The notes beneath the pieces were generated by a model. That model was not told where the DNA came from. It saw only the letters and a list, made by a program, of their open reading frames with translations, and ran no database searches. Shown in pieces: positions 10,194-19,771 of a stretch of DNA of 64,000 bases; position 1 is the stretch's first letter; every line of letters begins with the position of its first letter. The stretch lies in the IMG/VR virus record IMGVR_UViG_3300026257_000004; one strand, written 5' to 3'. Both the position numbers and the translations under genes were made by a program. This stretch comes from an uncultured virus (IMG/VR IMGVR_UViG_3300026257_000004). Lineage: Duplodnaviria > Heunggongvirae > Uroviricota > Caudoviricetes.

Positions 10194-11726
10194 ATGCCCA
10201 GCAGTTCAATCGCTTTAGCACGTCGACGTAGTGCACAGTTAGCTGCTCAGGCGATTAAGAAGCAGCCGGAAGTTGTTGAGATACCTGACTACGTCTTTAA
10301 GGCAAGGAAAAGCTTTCCTTACTTTTGCGAGTTAATGGGCAAACCTCCTGCCCGTCATATGAAGGTATGGCACAAGGAGTTTCTGACAGGGCAAAGCAAT
10401 GATCACCTGCAAGATATCGCAGGCCCTAATACGTGCCTACTGAGTCCCAGGGGTAGCGCGAAGTCGACAGAGATCGGTCTGCTTATTGCTTGGCTTATTG
10501 GCCGTCATGCAATGGCTAAGAAGCTGCTGAGAACTTTATATGTTTCGTACAACGTTGACGTAGCGAGGAACAAGAGTGCTGCGATCAAAAACCTGATATG
10601 CAACAAGGATTATCAGGAAATTTTTCCGACAGTTCGATTATCAAAAGCTCGCACGAGCGATGAGCTGTGGTCGATTGATTTCGATCATGCAGAGATAGAT
10701 GTACGGGGTGAGGATGCTTTCACCGTCGCCTGCGCAGGACTGAAAGGGACGATCACGTCCAAGAGAAGCTCTTTGATTGTTGTTGATGACGCTATCAAGT
10801 CTGCCGCTGCGATTGCTAACCCGGACATACGTCGGGAGATGGAGGCAAATTGGAACAATGTCATCGTGCCCACCATGTTCCAGGGAGCGAGGGCAATCGC
10901 TCTTGGGACTCGCTTCCATTTCGACGATTTATTTACGACAACCTTTTGCGAGCAAAAGGGCTGGAAGGTCATCACGCAGGCAGCGCTTCATTACGACGAC
11001 GATGGACGGCCTAAGTCCTATTGGCCGCAGATGTGGTCTGTCAAATACCTACTCAAGCTTCAGAACGAAGACCGAGTCGCCTTTAGCTATCAGTATTTGA
11101 ATCAGCCCGTAAGAACTACGGAGCTAGGGATTTCCCCTGAATTATTTGTCAAAGCAGAGGTTCCTGAGACCTATGACACGATTGGTGTAGGGATTGACCT
11201 GTCCGCTGGCATGACTGAGCGGAATGACTGGACAGTGTTCACGCTTGCTGGCCGTGTAGAGGACAAGGTCTATGTCATTGACTACAAGCGAATGCGCTCA
11301 ATGGGCAATGTGGAGAAAGTGGAAGCGCTTTGTGAGTTGCTAGTTGAATGGAATCTCTTGATACAGGCGGAGGATGGGACGTATCACCAGACGAATTCTC
11401 CTGTAGTGATATGGCCAGAAGTTGTGGCATATCAGAAAAGTTTTGAGGGAGATCTCAAGAGAATACTTTTCAATGACTGGCAGCTTTACAATTTAAGTGT
11501 TAGCCCTGTCAAAGGATTCCGTGGCGACAAGCTCGCTCGTCTAAGGGGTATTTTGGGTTTATTCCAGGGCAAGAAAATTATCTTTAACAAATATCGAGAC
11601 TTTAGTTGCATGGTTGATGAAATTATCAACTTTGGCCATGCGCCACATGATGACTGTGCTGACTCTTTGAATATCGTTGTTCAAGGGCTAATGCGTCGTG
11701 GTGGGGCACAGATTCAGTGGACCTAA
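10194..11726 (+). CDS. terL: Terminase large subunit
   Basis: Walker A PRGSAKST, Walker B IVVDD, GTRFH coupling motif, RNase H GIDL...D and HDDCAD. Confidence 0.93.
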   Translation: MPSSSIALARRRSAQLAAQAIKKQPEVVEIPDYVFKARKSFPYFCELMGKPPARHMKVWHKEFLTGQSNDHLQDIAGPNTCLLSPRGSAKSTEIGLLIAWLIGRHAMAKKLLRTLYVSYNVDVARNKSAAIKNLICNKDYQEIFPTVRLSKARTSDELWSIDFDHAEIDVRGEDAFTVACAGLKGTITSKRSSLIVVDDAIKSAAAIANPDIRREMEANWNNVIVPTMFQGARAIALGTRFHFDDLFTTTFCEQKGWKVITQAALHYDDDGRPKSYWPQMWSVKYLLKLQNEDRVAFSYQYLNQPVRTTELGISPELFVKAEVPETYDTIGVGIDLSAGMTERNDWTVFTLAGRVEDKVYVIDYKRMRSMGNVEKVEALCELLVEWNLLIQAEDGTYHQTNSPVVIWPEVVAYQKSFEGDLKRILFNDWQLYNLSVSPVKGFRGDKLARLRGILGLFQGKKIIFNKYRDFSCMVDEIINFGHAPHDDCADSLNIVVQGLMRRGGAQIQWT

Positions 11727-11735
11727 AATAGCGCT

Positions 11736-13967
11736 ATGAGCAGTTATCAAGAGAGATTTCGGCAGATCCTAGAGGCCGCACGTAAGCGTGACGGCGGTTC
11801 TGGGACTGACACGATGATCGTGAACAGTCACTTAGCGCAGATGAAGCTTTTCATGCTGCGTCAGGGACTGGAATTTTTCCCGGCACAAGACACCTTTGGC
11901 TTCCGCAAGGCATTTTTAACGGATCTCATAGAAGAGAATGAAATTGATTCTCGACTTGAAGGAATCGTTGATGACTTCTTGATTGATGGTAAGGGGTTAT
12001 TTTATTTCAGACCTGTAGATGACACCTACAGGATTATGTGGTTTAGCAAGGAGAATTACCGTGCTTACTACGATCCATCAGGAGGCCTAGAAGAAGTTGA
12101 GCTGATTTACAGCTTTACGGTGCGTAGTGGCTTAGGGACTTTGACTGTTCCTGGCACGAACGAGGGCTCGATTCGTTACGTCAAGTTAACGGTCTACAAG
12201 GATCGAATCACGGAGAGCATTAGCAATGAGAAGCCATCATTCGATGCAGGGATATCGACTCTTGCTTATGCGCCGAACCAGACCAGAACATTAACGAACA
12301 GCCTTGGCTTTATCCCGGCTGTCGAGGCGTTCAATACGATGCGATCCACCGGGATGGACGCCACGGGTGACTTTGACTGGCTAGCAGAGCAAATTGTTGT
12401 TCATGACGACTTAGTCAAGAACATCAGGACCAATATCCATTTCTTCGGTAACCCAACACTTGTATCCAGTAGGCCCAAGCAGGACCTAGTCGTTTCTGGG
12501 GACAGCGATGGAGCGAGGCCAACAATTAGTTCTCAGGCGGGCTTTGCCTCCGCGAGCAGGGCATCGACCAGAGTCTCAGAGCCTTTCGGAGGTAGTTCTA
12601 TTGGTGGCATGAAGATCCCTCGGATCATTGCCAACATTGAGCCAAATGATCGAGCCGTCTTCTTAACTCCAGACGCTGTATCTGGCGATCAGAATCTTTA
12701 CCAGCGTCAGTATCGCGAAGAGGTGAGAACCGCCCTTGGAGGTGTAGACGAGCTAGGCATATCCGCTGGGGCCACGGCTTATGAGATTAAATCTCTATTC
12801 GGGCGGGCTGCAACAACCGCTTCTCGCAGATGTAAGGGACTTTTAACTTATGGTCTTTGCAAATTATTGGGCTTGATTGTTTATCACGAAGAGCAAATCT
12901 TCCGTGATTCCTTTGCAGCAGCGGCAGGTTTAGAGCGCCCAATACCTCCAATTCAGGAGGAGTTTCCAGACCAAAATGAGTTTGGGATGGCGGTCCAAGC
13001 TTTTGGCACCGCAATGGCAGACTATAAAGCTGCCCTGGAAGGAGCGATTGGCGAGGCTATTAATACACAGAATCTGCCACCTGGAGTTGTTGGGTTAATC
13101 CCTGATGGCAACCGGAAAGTTGAATGGAGATGGAAAGGTCCAGTTTTTGAAGATTCCACAGAGGATATACTGAATGCAAGTATTGTTGTAAGAAACCTTC
13201 AGGAACTTGGTGTAAATAGCATCGAAGCTCTTAGGTATCTCTTCCCGGATAAAACTGATGAAGAGAGGAGCGCAATGCTCAGTGGCTATCCATTCAGGAT
13301 GGCTCAAGCCACTCAACAAAGTATTGGAACATTCTTGTCGCTAATAGAGAACATGCGACAAGTTCCACATCCGCAGGCTCCTGATTTACCAATGCTTGCG
13401 GATCCACGATTAGACCTAACACCCTATGTATACAGGGCACTTGATTTCTTAAAACGAGAATTAACTTATGCAGGACAATACAGCGACGCTACAGGCACCG
13501 GAGACCCAGCCGTCCTTGATTCCATCGAGCGCGCCCGCGCCGACAGCGGTTTACCCGCAAGCGCCGGTCCAGAGCGCCCAAGCTTCATACCCGACAGTTT
13601 CGGCGCCACCACAGCAGGTGGAGCAGCAGCAAGCGGTCCAGGCTTACCAGCAGGCGACACCGGCTCAGGAGAACCCATGGCAGCAGGCGTTCCAACGCCT
13701 CAGCGACAGTTTGAGCGCGAGGCAGCCCTCCCAGCCCCAGGCACCCTCATCGGCGCCGACCCAGTATCAGGCCCAGCCGGACAGCTACCAATCTCAGGCG
13801 CCCCAGTACCAGGCGGCGCCTTCCGCTTCGGGGATGCAGACCTATCTGCCGCCAGCAACGCAGGCCTATTCCCAGGCGATACCTCAACAGGCCCCGAGCT
13901 CGACAAGCGCTCCAAGCGCGAACGTGAGCGACGGGTATCTAAACGCAGTAAGTCAAGAAAGTCTTGA
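11736..13967 (+). CDS. Portal protein (long low-complexity C-terminal tail)
   Basis: Directly follows terL; size and helical core fit a portal. Confidence 0.7.
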   Translation: MSSYQERFRQILEAARKRDGGSGTDTMIVNSHLAQMKLFMLRQGLEFFPAQDTFGFRKAFLTDLIEENEIDSRLEGIVDDFLIDGKGLFYFRPVDDTYRIMWFSKENYRAYYDPSGGLEEVELIYSFTVRSGLGTLTVPGTNEGSIRYVKLTVYKDRITESISNEKPSFDAGISTLAYAPNQTRTLTNSLGFIPAVEAFNTMRSTGMDATGDFDWLAEQIVVHDDLVKNIRTNIHFFGNPTLVSSRPKQDLVVSGDSDGARPTISSQAGFASASRASTRVSEPFGGSSIGGMKIPRIIANIEPNDRAVFLTPDAVSGDQNLYQRQYREEVRTALGGVDELGISAGATAYEIKSLFGRAATTASRRCKGLLTYGLCKLLGLIVYHEEQIFRDSFAAAAGLERPIPPIQEEFPDQNEFGMAVQAFGTAMADYKAALEGAIGEAINTQNLPPGVVGLIPDGNRKVEWRWKGPVFEDSTEDILNASIVVRNLQELGVNSIEALRYLFPDKTDEERSAMLSGYPFRMAQATQQSIGTFLSLIENMRQVPHPQAPDLPMLADPRLDLTPYVYRALDFLKRELTYAGQYSDATGTGDPAVLDSIERARADSGLPASAGPERPSFIPDSFGATTAGGAAASGPGLPAGDTGSGEPMAAGVPTPQRQFEREAALPAPGTLIGADPVSGPAGQLPISGAPVPGGAFRFGDADLSAASNAGLFPGDTSTGPELDKRSKRERERRVSKRSKSRKS

Positions 13968-14523
13968 AGTCCTTAACCACTTCGGCGCTGAGGCACCTGC
14001 GCTTCTGAATCGCTACTCATGCGTAGTCGAGGATGCATTGCTCGAGCAAGCTAAGCAAACAAATGAGACTCTTGGACAGCTCCAGACATTGGCTGGCAAG
14101 TTTGAGGGCGCTCAGAGTGTCATCAAGACAGCAGCAGAGGACAACGCGGCGTATCACGTCATGTTGACTAATCCAGACATGCTCGCTGAGTACGTGGGCG
14201 ATTTCTTCGGTCCTAATGGTCCGTATCCAACCGAGACAGCTCAGGATCGTCTAGCTGCTGAAGTTGCCGCTAACGATGCCCGCTTCCAGGCTCCTCCAAC
14301 ACTCCAGGCTCCTCCTCAGCAGGCCCCTGCTCAGCAGGCTCCAAGCTTTGAGAGACCCAGGATGGATATGCCTGCTCCCGGTGTTCAGGCCAGAGCTGGT
14401 GAGGCAGATTTCTGGGCAACATTCTCAGCAATGAGTGATCGCAATCCAGCCGCTGCTTGGCAGATGCTGAATCAGGCAACTCCTGATGCATTGCGCAGCA
14501 AGGTTCTAGTTTCCGAAGCTTGA
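13468..14523 (+). CDS. Probable capsid scaffolding protein
   Basis: P/Q/A-rich N-terminus, coiled coil, short helical C-terminus; follows the portal. Confidence 0.6.
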   Translation: MQDNTATLQAPETQPSLIPSSAPAPTAVYPQAPVQSAQASYPTVSAPPQQVEQQQAVQAYQQATPAQENPWQQAFQRLSDSLSARQPSQPQAPSSAPTQYQAQPDSYQSQAPQYQAAPSASGMQTYLPPATQAYSQAIPQQAPSSTSAPSANVSDGYLNAVSQESLEVLNHFGAEAPALLNRYSCVVEDALLEQAKQTNETLGQLQTLAGKFEGAQSVIKTAAEDNAAYHVMLTNPDMLAEYVGDFFGPNGPYPTETAQDRLAAEVAANDARFQAPPTLQAPPQQAPAQQAPSFERPRMDMPAPGVQARAGEADFWATFSAMSDRNPAAAWQMLNQATPDALRSKVLVSEA

Positions 14524-14541
14524 GCTAGCTAACAGATATTT

Positions 14542-14580
14542 ACTGCTGTCAGTTGTTTAAATTGGCAGCAGTTTTGTTTG
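14542..14580 (+). terminator. Intrinsic terminator after scaffold gene
   Basis: ACTGCTGTCAGTT/AATTGGCAGCAGT stem followed by TTTGTTT. Confidence 0.6.
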
Positions 14581-14593
14581 TAAAATTATATTG

Positions 14594-14655
14594 AGCGTTT
14601 AAACGCTATTACTACCCCAAACCGAGACCACGGGGATAAGTCTCTCATCCTACAA
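14594..14655 (+). ncRNA. PhotoRC-II-like cis-regulatory RNA in the psbA 5' UTR
   Basis: CCCC(14615-18)/GGGG(14632-35) and GAGAC(14624-28)/GTCTC(14640-44) pseudoknot; ACCGAGACC...GTCTCTCAT core; upstream palindrome AGCGTTTAAACGCT. Confidence 0.7.
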
Positions 14656-14677
14656 GTTACATTCGCTCTACTACTTA

Positions 14678-15760
14678 ATGGCTACAGCTCTTAATAAGAG
14701 CAGTATTCAGAAAAGCAGTTGGAACGAGTTTTGTGATTGGGTTACATCGACGAACAATCGCCTCTATGTGGGGTGGTTTGGCGTCATTATGATTCCATGC
14801 CTAATCGCAGCCGCAACTTGTTTCGTCATTGCTTTTATTGCTGCTCCTCCTGTCGATATCGATGGGATTCGTGAGCCCGTTGCAGGCTCATTCATGTATG
14901 GCAATAACATCATCTCAGGTGCTGTTGTTCCATCTAGTAACGCAATAGGACTACATTTCTATCCGATATGGGAAGCCGCCACTGTCGATGAGTGGCTTTA
15001 TAACGGAGGCCCGTATCAGTTAGTTATCTTTCATTTTCTTATTGGTATCTGCGCTTATCTAGGTAGACAGTGGGAACTGTCTTATCGACTAGGCATGCGC
15101 CCTTGGATTTGTGTCGCTTATTCTGCGCCCGTCTCAGCTGCCCTTGCAGTATTCCTCATTTATCCGGTCGGACAGGGGAGTTTTTCTGACGGTATGCCGT
15201 TGGGGATATCGGGGACGTTCAACTTTATGTTGGTCTTCCAGGCCGAACACAATATCCTCATGCATCCTTTCCATATGCTGGGAGTTGCGGGGATGTTTGG
15301 TGGCGCTCTCTTCTCTGCTATGCATGGTTCCTTGGTTACGTCATCTCTCATTAAAGAGACGACCGAGTCCGAGTCTCAGAACTATGGATACAAGTTTGGA
15401 CAAGAGGAAGAGACCTATAACATCGTCGCCGCACATGGTTACTTTGGTCGACTAATTTTCCAGTACGCCTCATTTAACAACAGTCGTTCGCTGCATTTCT
15501 TTTTAGCAGCATGGCCTGTGGTTTGTATTTGGTTTACGAGTATGGGAATTAGTACGATGGCCTTCAATCTGAATGGATTCAATTTCAATCAATCTGTTCT
15601 TGACACTGAAGGAAGAGTCGTTCCTACATGGGCCGACGTGTTGAATCGAGCTAATCTTGGTATGGAGGTTATGCATGAGCGTAATGCTCATAACTTCCCA
15701 CTCGACCTTGCAGCAACCGAGACAGCACCAGTCGCTCTTTTGGCTCCAGCAATCGGATAA
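14678..15760 (+). CDS. psbA: Photosystem II D1 protein
   Basis: Full-length 360-aa D1: [40 protein letters not shown]. Confidence 0.99.
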   Translation: MATALNKSSIQKSSWNEFCDWVTSTNNRLYVGWFGVIMIPCLIAAATCFVIAFIAAPPVDIDGIREPVAGSFMYGNNIISGAVVPSSNAIGLHFYPIWEAATVDEWLYNGGPYQLVIFHFLIGICAYLGRQWELSYRLGMRPWICVAYSAPVSAALAVFLIYPVGQGSFSDGMPLGISGTFNFMLVFQAEHNILMHPFHMLGVAGMFGGALFSAMHGSLVTSSLIKETTESESQNYGYKFGQEEETYNIVAAHGYFGRLIFQYASFNNSRSLHFFLAAWPVVCIWFTSMGISTMAFNLNGFNFNQSVLDTEGRVVPTWADVLNRANLGMEVMHERNAHNFPLDLAATETAPVALLAPAIG

Positions 15761-15771
15761 CTGAATCTATC

Positions 15772-15792
15772 GCCCCGGTTAACGGGGCTTCT
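15772..15792 (+). terminator. Hairpin/terminator after psbA
   Basis: GCCCCG-GTTAA-CGGGGC followed by a short TTCT tail. Confidence 0.55.
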
Positions 15793-15796
15793 AATT

Positions 15797-16159
15797 ATGA
15801 TGATCCCCCCTAATCACACAGCGGCAGAGTTGAACAACGCTCCAAATGCTGAATCTACTTATCAGGCAAGACTTTCAACTCAGCAATCTGTAAGCAGGGG
15901 TGGAGTTCTGGGAGAGATTAATAACGCCCAAACTGGCGCTGCGATGATGGATGGTGCTCGAGCTCAGGAGAGCGCTCAGAACACAGTATCTAATGCAGCG
16001 AATGCTTTGTTAGCGTACAAGACCACAGAGATGCAGAAATCAGCTGGTGTAGGTGGCGGTAAAGAGGAAATGTTCCAGTACGGACAATCTGTGGCTCCAG
16101 GGGTGACCGATCGCAATCAGATGGCAGCAGTAATTATGCAGTCACTTGGCCTGGCATAA
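15797..16159 (+). CDS. Hypothetical protein
   Basis: 120-aa Ala/Gln-rich ORF. Confidence 0.65.
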   Translation: MMIPPNHTAAELNNAPNAESTYQARLSTQQSVSRGGVLGEINNAQTGAAMMDGARAQESAQNTVSNAANALLAYKTTEMQKSAGVGGGKEEMFQYGQSVAPGVTDRNQMAAVIMQSLGLA

Positions 16160-16197
16160 ATAGATAACATTAATACATAACAACTCCTCTTGGCTGA

Positions 16198-16452
16198 ATG
16201 CGACTTGCTGGTAGCGAGGAGCTTTATTCGACTTTAAAAGAGCAGGATAAGGCTAAAAGGCTGAAGGACTTTTTCACGGCCTATGAACGGCTGCAGTCGT
16301 CAGGACTAAGTGATGAGCATGCACAGCATTACGCGATAGAAATGGCAGAAGGTCGCGAGCCAATGGTTAAGTTGTCATTGCGCTTTGCTGGCATATATGG
16401 CGATTCGGACGAGGACAATCAAATTAGCCGCGAGGATGATCGAGGAATATGA
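16198..16452 (+). CDS. Hypothetical protein
   Basis: 84-aa ORF overlapping the endolysin start. Confidence 0.6.
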   Translation: MRLAGSEELYSTLKEQDKAKRLKDFFTAYERLQSSGLSDEHAQHYAIEMAEGREPMVKLSLRFAGIYGDSDEDNQISREDDRGI

Positions 16453-17563
16453 AGGAATTGTCCTTGACGCATACTTAGATCCAGTAGGTGTCCCAACTAT
16501 TTGTGCTGGATTAACTCGTTACTTTGATGGGTCTCCAGTTCGCATCGGAGATGTGTGCTCGGAAGGGGTCTGCAGAGGTCTTCTTGAATTACAGATTAAA
16601 GACACGTTGCTACCTGGATTGGAATCAATCCCAGGATGGAACCGTTTCGGAGAGATTCGCCAAGCCGTCTTAGTTTGTTTTGCTTGGAATTGGGGAGGTA
16701 ATTTCTATAACAAGTCTGGTTTCGAGGAGATCTCAAAAATCCTCAGAAAGGGTGTAAGACGGCCTGAGTTTTATAGAAAAATGCCAGAGGTAATTAGTCT
16801 TTATTCAAAGATTGACGGGCGCTCTATGTACGGCTTGAGGATGCGGCGCAAGCTCGAGGGCGAGTCCTGGCAAAGAGAGGACGACGGCCTGATGTCATTT
16901 GCCGCACGTGAAGACACCTGCCTCAAGCGCGCTGCAATTCAAGATGACTACCTGTCTGATAACGGTAAACAACCTATTAAGAAAGGGGAGACTATTGCTG
17001 TCACAAGGTTTGAAGAACTGCCAGCAGACAGCCATGCGTGGATAACCCTTCAAGGTTCTGGCCAGGAGTGGGCTATCTACGTGCCTGATTGGTCCTGGGA
17101 ATCAGCGACTCAGCCTGAGCCCAAGAAGTGTGAGATTGATTGGCACGATTTTGGTGCCATGGTGAGCGAGTTCGTCTCTGTTGGCGAGATTTTGCAGTAT
17201 GACTCTCGTCGGATTTCTTCTATCTCTGGAGAAGTGGAGCAGGCGCTGGTCGAGCTCTGCAATGAGTTTGATGAGCTACGGAAGGCGTGGGGGACATCTA
17301 TATGTATCTTGTCGGGATTCAGGCCTGAGCCTTATAACACTGAGCTAGGAGGGCAGCAAGGTTCGTATCACACCAAGGGAATGGCCTTAGACCTCTATCC
17401 GCTTGACGATGAAATCGATGATTTCCACGATTGGCTGATTCAAAGATGGAGCGGTGGTTTTGGCGATGGACGGAATCAAGGGTTTATTCATATCGACATA
17501 AGAAAGCACGGGCGCTTCCTCTCTCGAACCGGCACCCGCCCTGCTGCTGTTTGGAGTTATTGA
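16397..17563 (+). CDS. Modular endolysin: GH24 lysozyme + linker domain + M15-type peptidase
   Basis: EG-x-AYLDPVGVPTI (E-x8-D-x5-T); SGFR...SYHTKGMALD...FIHID. Confidence 0.88.
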   Translation: MAIRTRTIKLAARMIEEYEGIVLDAYLDPVGVPTICAGLTRYFDGSPVRIGDVCSEGVCRGLLELQIKDTLLPGLESIPGWNRFGEIRQAVLVCFAWNWGGNFYNKSGFEEISKILRKGVRRPEFYRKMPEVISLYSKIDGRSMYGLRMRRKLEGESWQREDDGLMSFAAREDTCLKRAAIQDDYLSDNGKQPIKKGETIAVTRFEELPADSHAWITLQGSGQEWAIYVPDWSWESATQPEPKKCEIDWHDFGAMVSEFVSVGEILQYDSRRISSISGEVEQALVELCNEFDELRKAWGTSICILSGFRPEPYNTELGGQQGSYHTKGMALDLYPLDDEIDDFHDWLIQRWSGGFGDGRNQGFIHIDIRKHGRFLSRTGTRPAAVWSY

Positions 17564-17570
17564 TCAGTCT

Positions 17571-17993
17571 CTAGACGACCTTGATTGCCATTGCACCAAT
17601 ATTGAACTGCACGGTATCGCCAAGAGCTATATCAACGCTACTGGTCAGGGTTCCAGAGGCGATGAAGTCCCCTCCAGTTACATCGTCCCAGATCCCGAAA
17701 TGTGTAATTGTTGTTGTGACGGTATTAACAGCGCTAGTCGTTATTTGAACGACAATAGTGTTTTTAATTTCAAACCCAGAAGGACTCGCACCTGTAATCG
17801 CACCTAAGTTTGTAGTTGCCAATGTAGTGCGGTTTACGGATCCCGTAATAGATGCGGTCGCGTCACCATTCGTCCCTGCTATGCCAGGATCTGCCGTATG
17901 CAGTGTTATGTAGACATTGGTTAATGCAGTCGGAAACGGCTGAGCTTTAATAAAGCCAAGGATTTTCTCTGCAAAATACTGCGAAAACGCCAT
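17571..17993 (-). CDS. Phage structural/tail-associated beta-rich protein
   Basis: YITLHTADPG...ITHFGIWD...GDFI motif typical of small tail-associated proteins. Confidence 0.7.
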   Translation of the reverse strand: MAFSQYFAEKILGFIKAQPFPTALTNVYITLHTADPGIAGTNGDATASITGSVNRTTLATTNLGAITGASPSGFEIKNTIVVQITTSAVNTVTTTITHFGIWDDVTGGDFIASGTLTSSVDIALGDTVQFNIGAMAIKVV

Positions 17994-18048
17994 TCTGAAG
18001 TTTGCTCTATTGTTTTATTCTGGCAATTAAATTTAGATAATTGTCAGC

Positions 18049-18858
18049 CTATGGATAGCCTCCACCGGAGGGAGGTGCTGAGCTTAAAGTTCCCGAACTT
18101 TGGTCCGTTCCAGTAGCTGGACCGGAGATGCGCCAAGTTGCTTTTAATCGCCCATATGGATCCATTGTACCCCCAGCAGTTCCCTTCATAATCGTCAAAG
18201 TGATATAAGGGACACTCTGCGACTCGGAGAAGCCTGTAAGAGCTTTTACTTTACTGGGTATAGGTATTGTTCCTGAAGTTTGATTGGATAATAGGGCTGT
18301 ACCAGGCAGCTTGACCAGGGCTATACGTGATGTGCAAATCAGCTCGCCTTTGATTGATCCTTCAAGTGATCTGTAGCGTATGACTTGAATCGTCACATTG
18401 TATGGCAGCGCTTGCCATTGTGAGTTGCTGATAGTAAAGTAATAGGTGCCAGTAGGCAGTGTTAGTCTTGACTCCTGGATGTTTGTGTTGATTATTTCGT
18501 TGGTATAAGCAAACCCGTCTGGGGATCTTGTGATTTGTTTCTTGTCTTCTCCTAGGAGGCCAACTGAGATGTATTGATCTGTGTATTTTGAGACAGGATT
18601 TTTATTGATTCTTATATCAGACTTATTAGTAGAAGTGACCTTGAAGTAAAGAGTATTAGTACCGCGCTCCGTGCCTATGACTCCTTTCAATGTTGCAGCC
18701 AAGTTGGCAACTACGCCGAGATCCCTTGCTTTTGCGAAACTGTTATTTTGAACATATTCAGGACGTAAGAAGGAAGGCCCGGTATTAACACTACCGCCGT
18801 ATCCACCCTTAATACGTGCTATTGAATCTGATTGATTTGGAACTTGGAATCTGGTCAT
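18049..18858 (-). CDS. Hypothetical beta-rich (PPC/Ig-like) virion protein
   Basis: LYFKV...LPTGTYYFTIS pattern. Confidence 0.6.
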   Translation of the reverse strand: MTRFQVPNQSDSIARIKGGYGGSVNTGPSFLRPEYVQNNSFAKARDLGVVANLAATLKGVIGTERGTNTLYFKVTSTNKSDIRINKNPVSKYTDQYISVGLLGEDKKQITRSPDGFAYTNEIINTNIQESRLTLPTGTYYFTISNSQWQALPYNVTIQVIRYRSLEGSIKGELICTSRIALVKLPGTALLSNQTSGTIPIPSKVKALTGFSESQSVPYITLTIMKGTAGGTMDPYGRLKATWRISGPATGTDQSSGTLSSAPPSGGGYP

Positions 18859-19022
18859 TAGTCCTCATAAAGTCGACATTCGTCGGCGTCTGGATTGTCC
18901 CTGCAGTATTCGAGAAATTTTCGCCTTAGTTCAGGAATGCCCGACAGGTCGGAATATCCGTAATGGAGTTCCTCTTCGTACAGGCCTGTATTCCTTGTGT
19001 TATTAAGAGGACTGTGAGCCAT
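18858..19022 (-). CDS. cp12: CP12-like Calvin cycle inhibitor, 54 aa (not in ORF track)
   Basis: MAHSPLNNTRNTGLYEEELHYGYSDLSGIPELRRKFLEYCRDNPDADECRLYED; C-terminal YC-x-DNPDADECRLYED is the CP12 signature. Confidence 0.85.
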   Translation of the reverse strand: MAHSPLNNTRNTGLYEEELHYGYSDLSGIPELRRKFLEYCRDNPDADECRLYED

Positions 19023-19189
19023 TGATTGCCCAGTTAGCTCAATGTTAATGGAATAAAGAAATCCAGGTGTCTCAGCACGAGAGCGACTCGCCCTTGAGAT
19101 CTATTACCAGTTCAAGGAAACTATAAAAACTTGAACTCCTGGAGGTGGGGGTTGTCCTTGACATAGTTCAACTTCAGGACACCATCACG

Positions 19190-19771
19190 CTAGACCTTAA
19201 CTGGTTTTAATTTCTTTCTCATTGATTGATGTGTGTATGGGCTGATAAGAGAAATAAAGTCATCCATTATTTTTGCCCTGATAGAAATATGTGTTATTCG
19301 GCGATCATTGCTACGAGTACAGGCATCGATCCCTAGATCCTGGATCCACTCGACCATGGTTTTGTACTCTTCTGGACTCCAGCGACCGTTGATATGTCCA
19401 CGTCTACCGATGTATTTCCCTTTGTCGATCCACAGAGCCGTTAGCCCAGGTACGCCGACAAGGTCGAGGACAGGTCTTGAGATGACCCTTCTATCTCTAG
19501 GGCATAGAAGCTCGTAAGCCCTCCATAGTCCTTCCCCTGTGAGTCTGAAGCGCTCTAAGTCGTAATAGCCATCAGTGGCTATCCGGTCCCTGTAGCAATC
19601 AATAGGCCCATCGTGGAGAGTGCGAAGGCTGTGGAGCTGGTGACCGAGGTAGGCGCGATGAACTTCCGATCTTGCTATTTCAAGCCAAGGCCTCCGCCTC
19701 CGCCCCTTTAATTCGATCTTCCCGTCTCCCAAGCTGTAACTCAGTGCGAGCGCTACGAATTTTGCCTGCAT
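19190..19771 (-). CDS. LAGLIDADG-fold endonuclease-like protein
   Basis: LALSYSLGDGKI and LTALWIDKG motifs; likely start MQAK at 19771. Confidence 0.7.
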   Translation of the reverse strand: MQAKFVALALSYSLGDGKIELKGRRRRPWLEIARSEVHRAYLGHQLHSLRTLHDGPIDCYRDRIATDGYYDLERFRLTGEGLWRAYELLCPRDRRVISRPVLDLVGVPGLTALWIDKGKYIGRRGHINGRWSPEEYKTMVEWIQDLGIDACTRSNDRRITHISIRAKIMDDFISLISPYTHQSMRKKLKPVKV

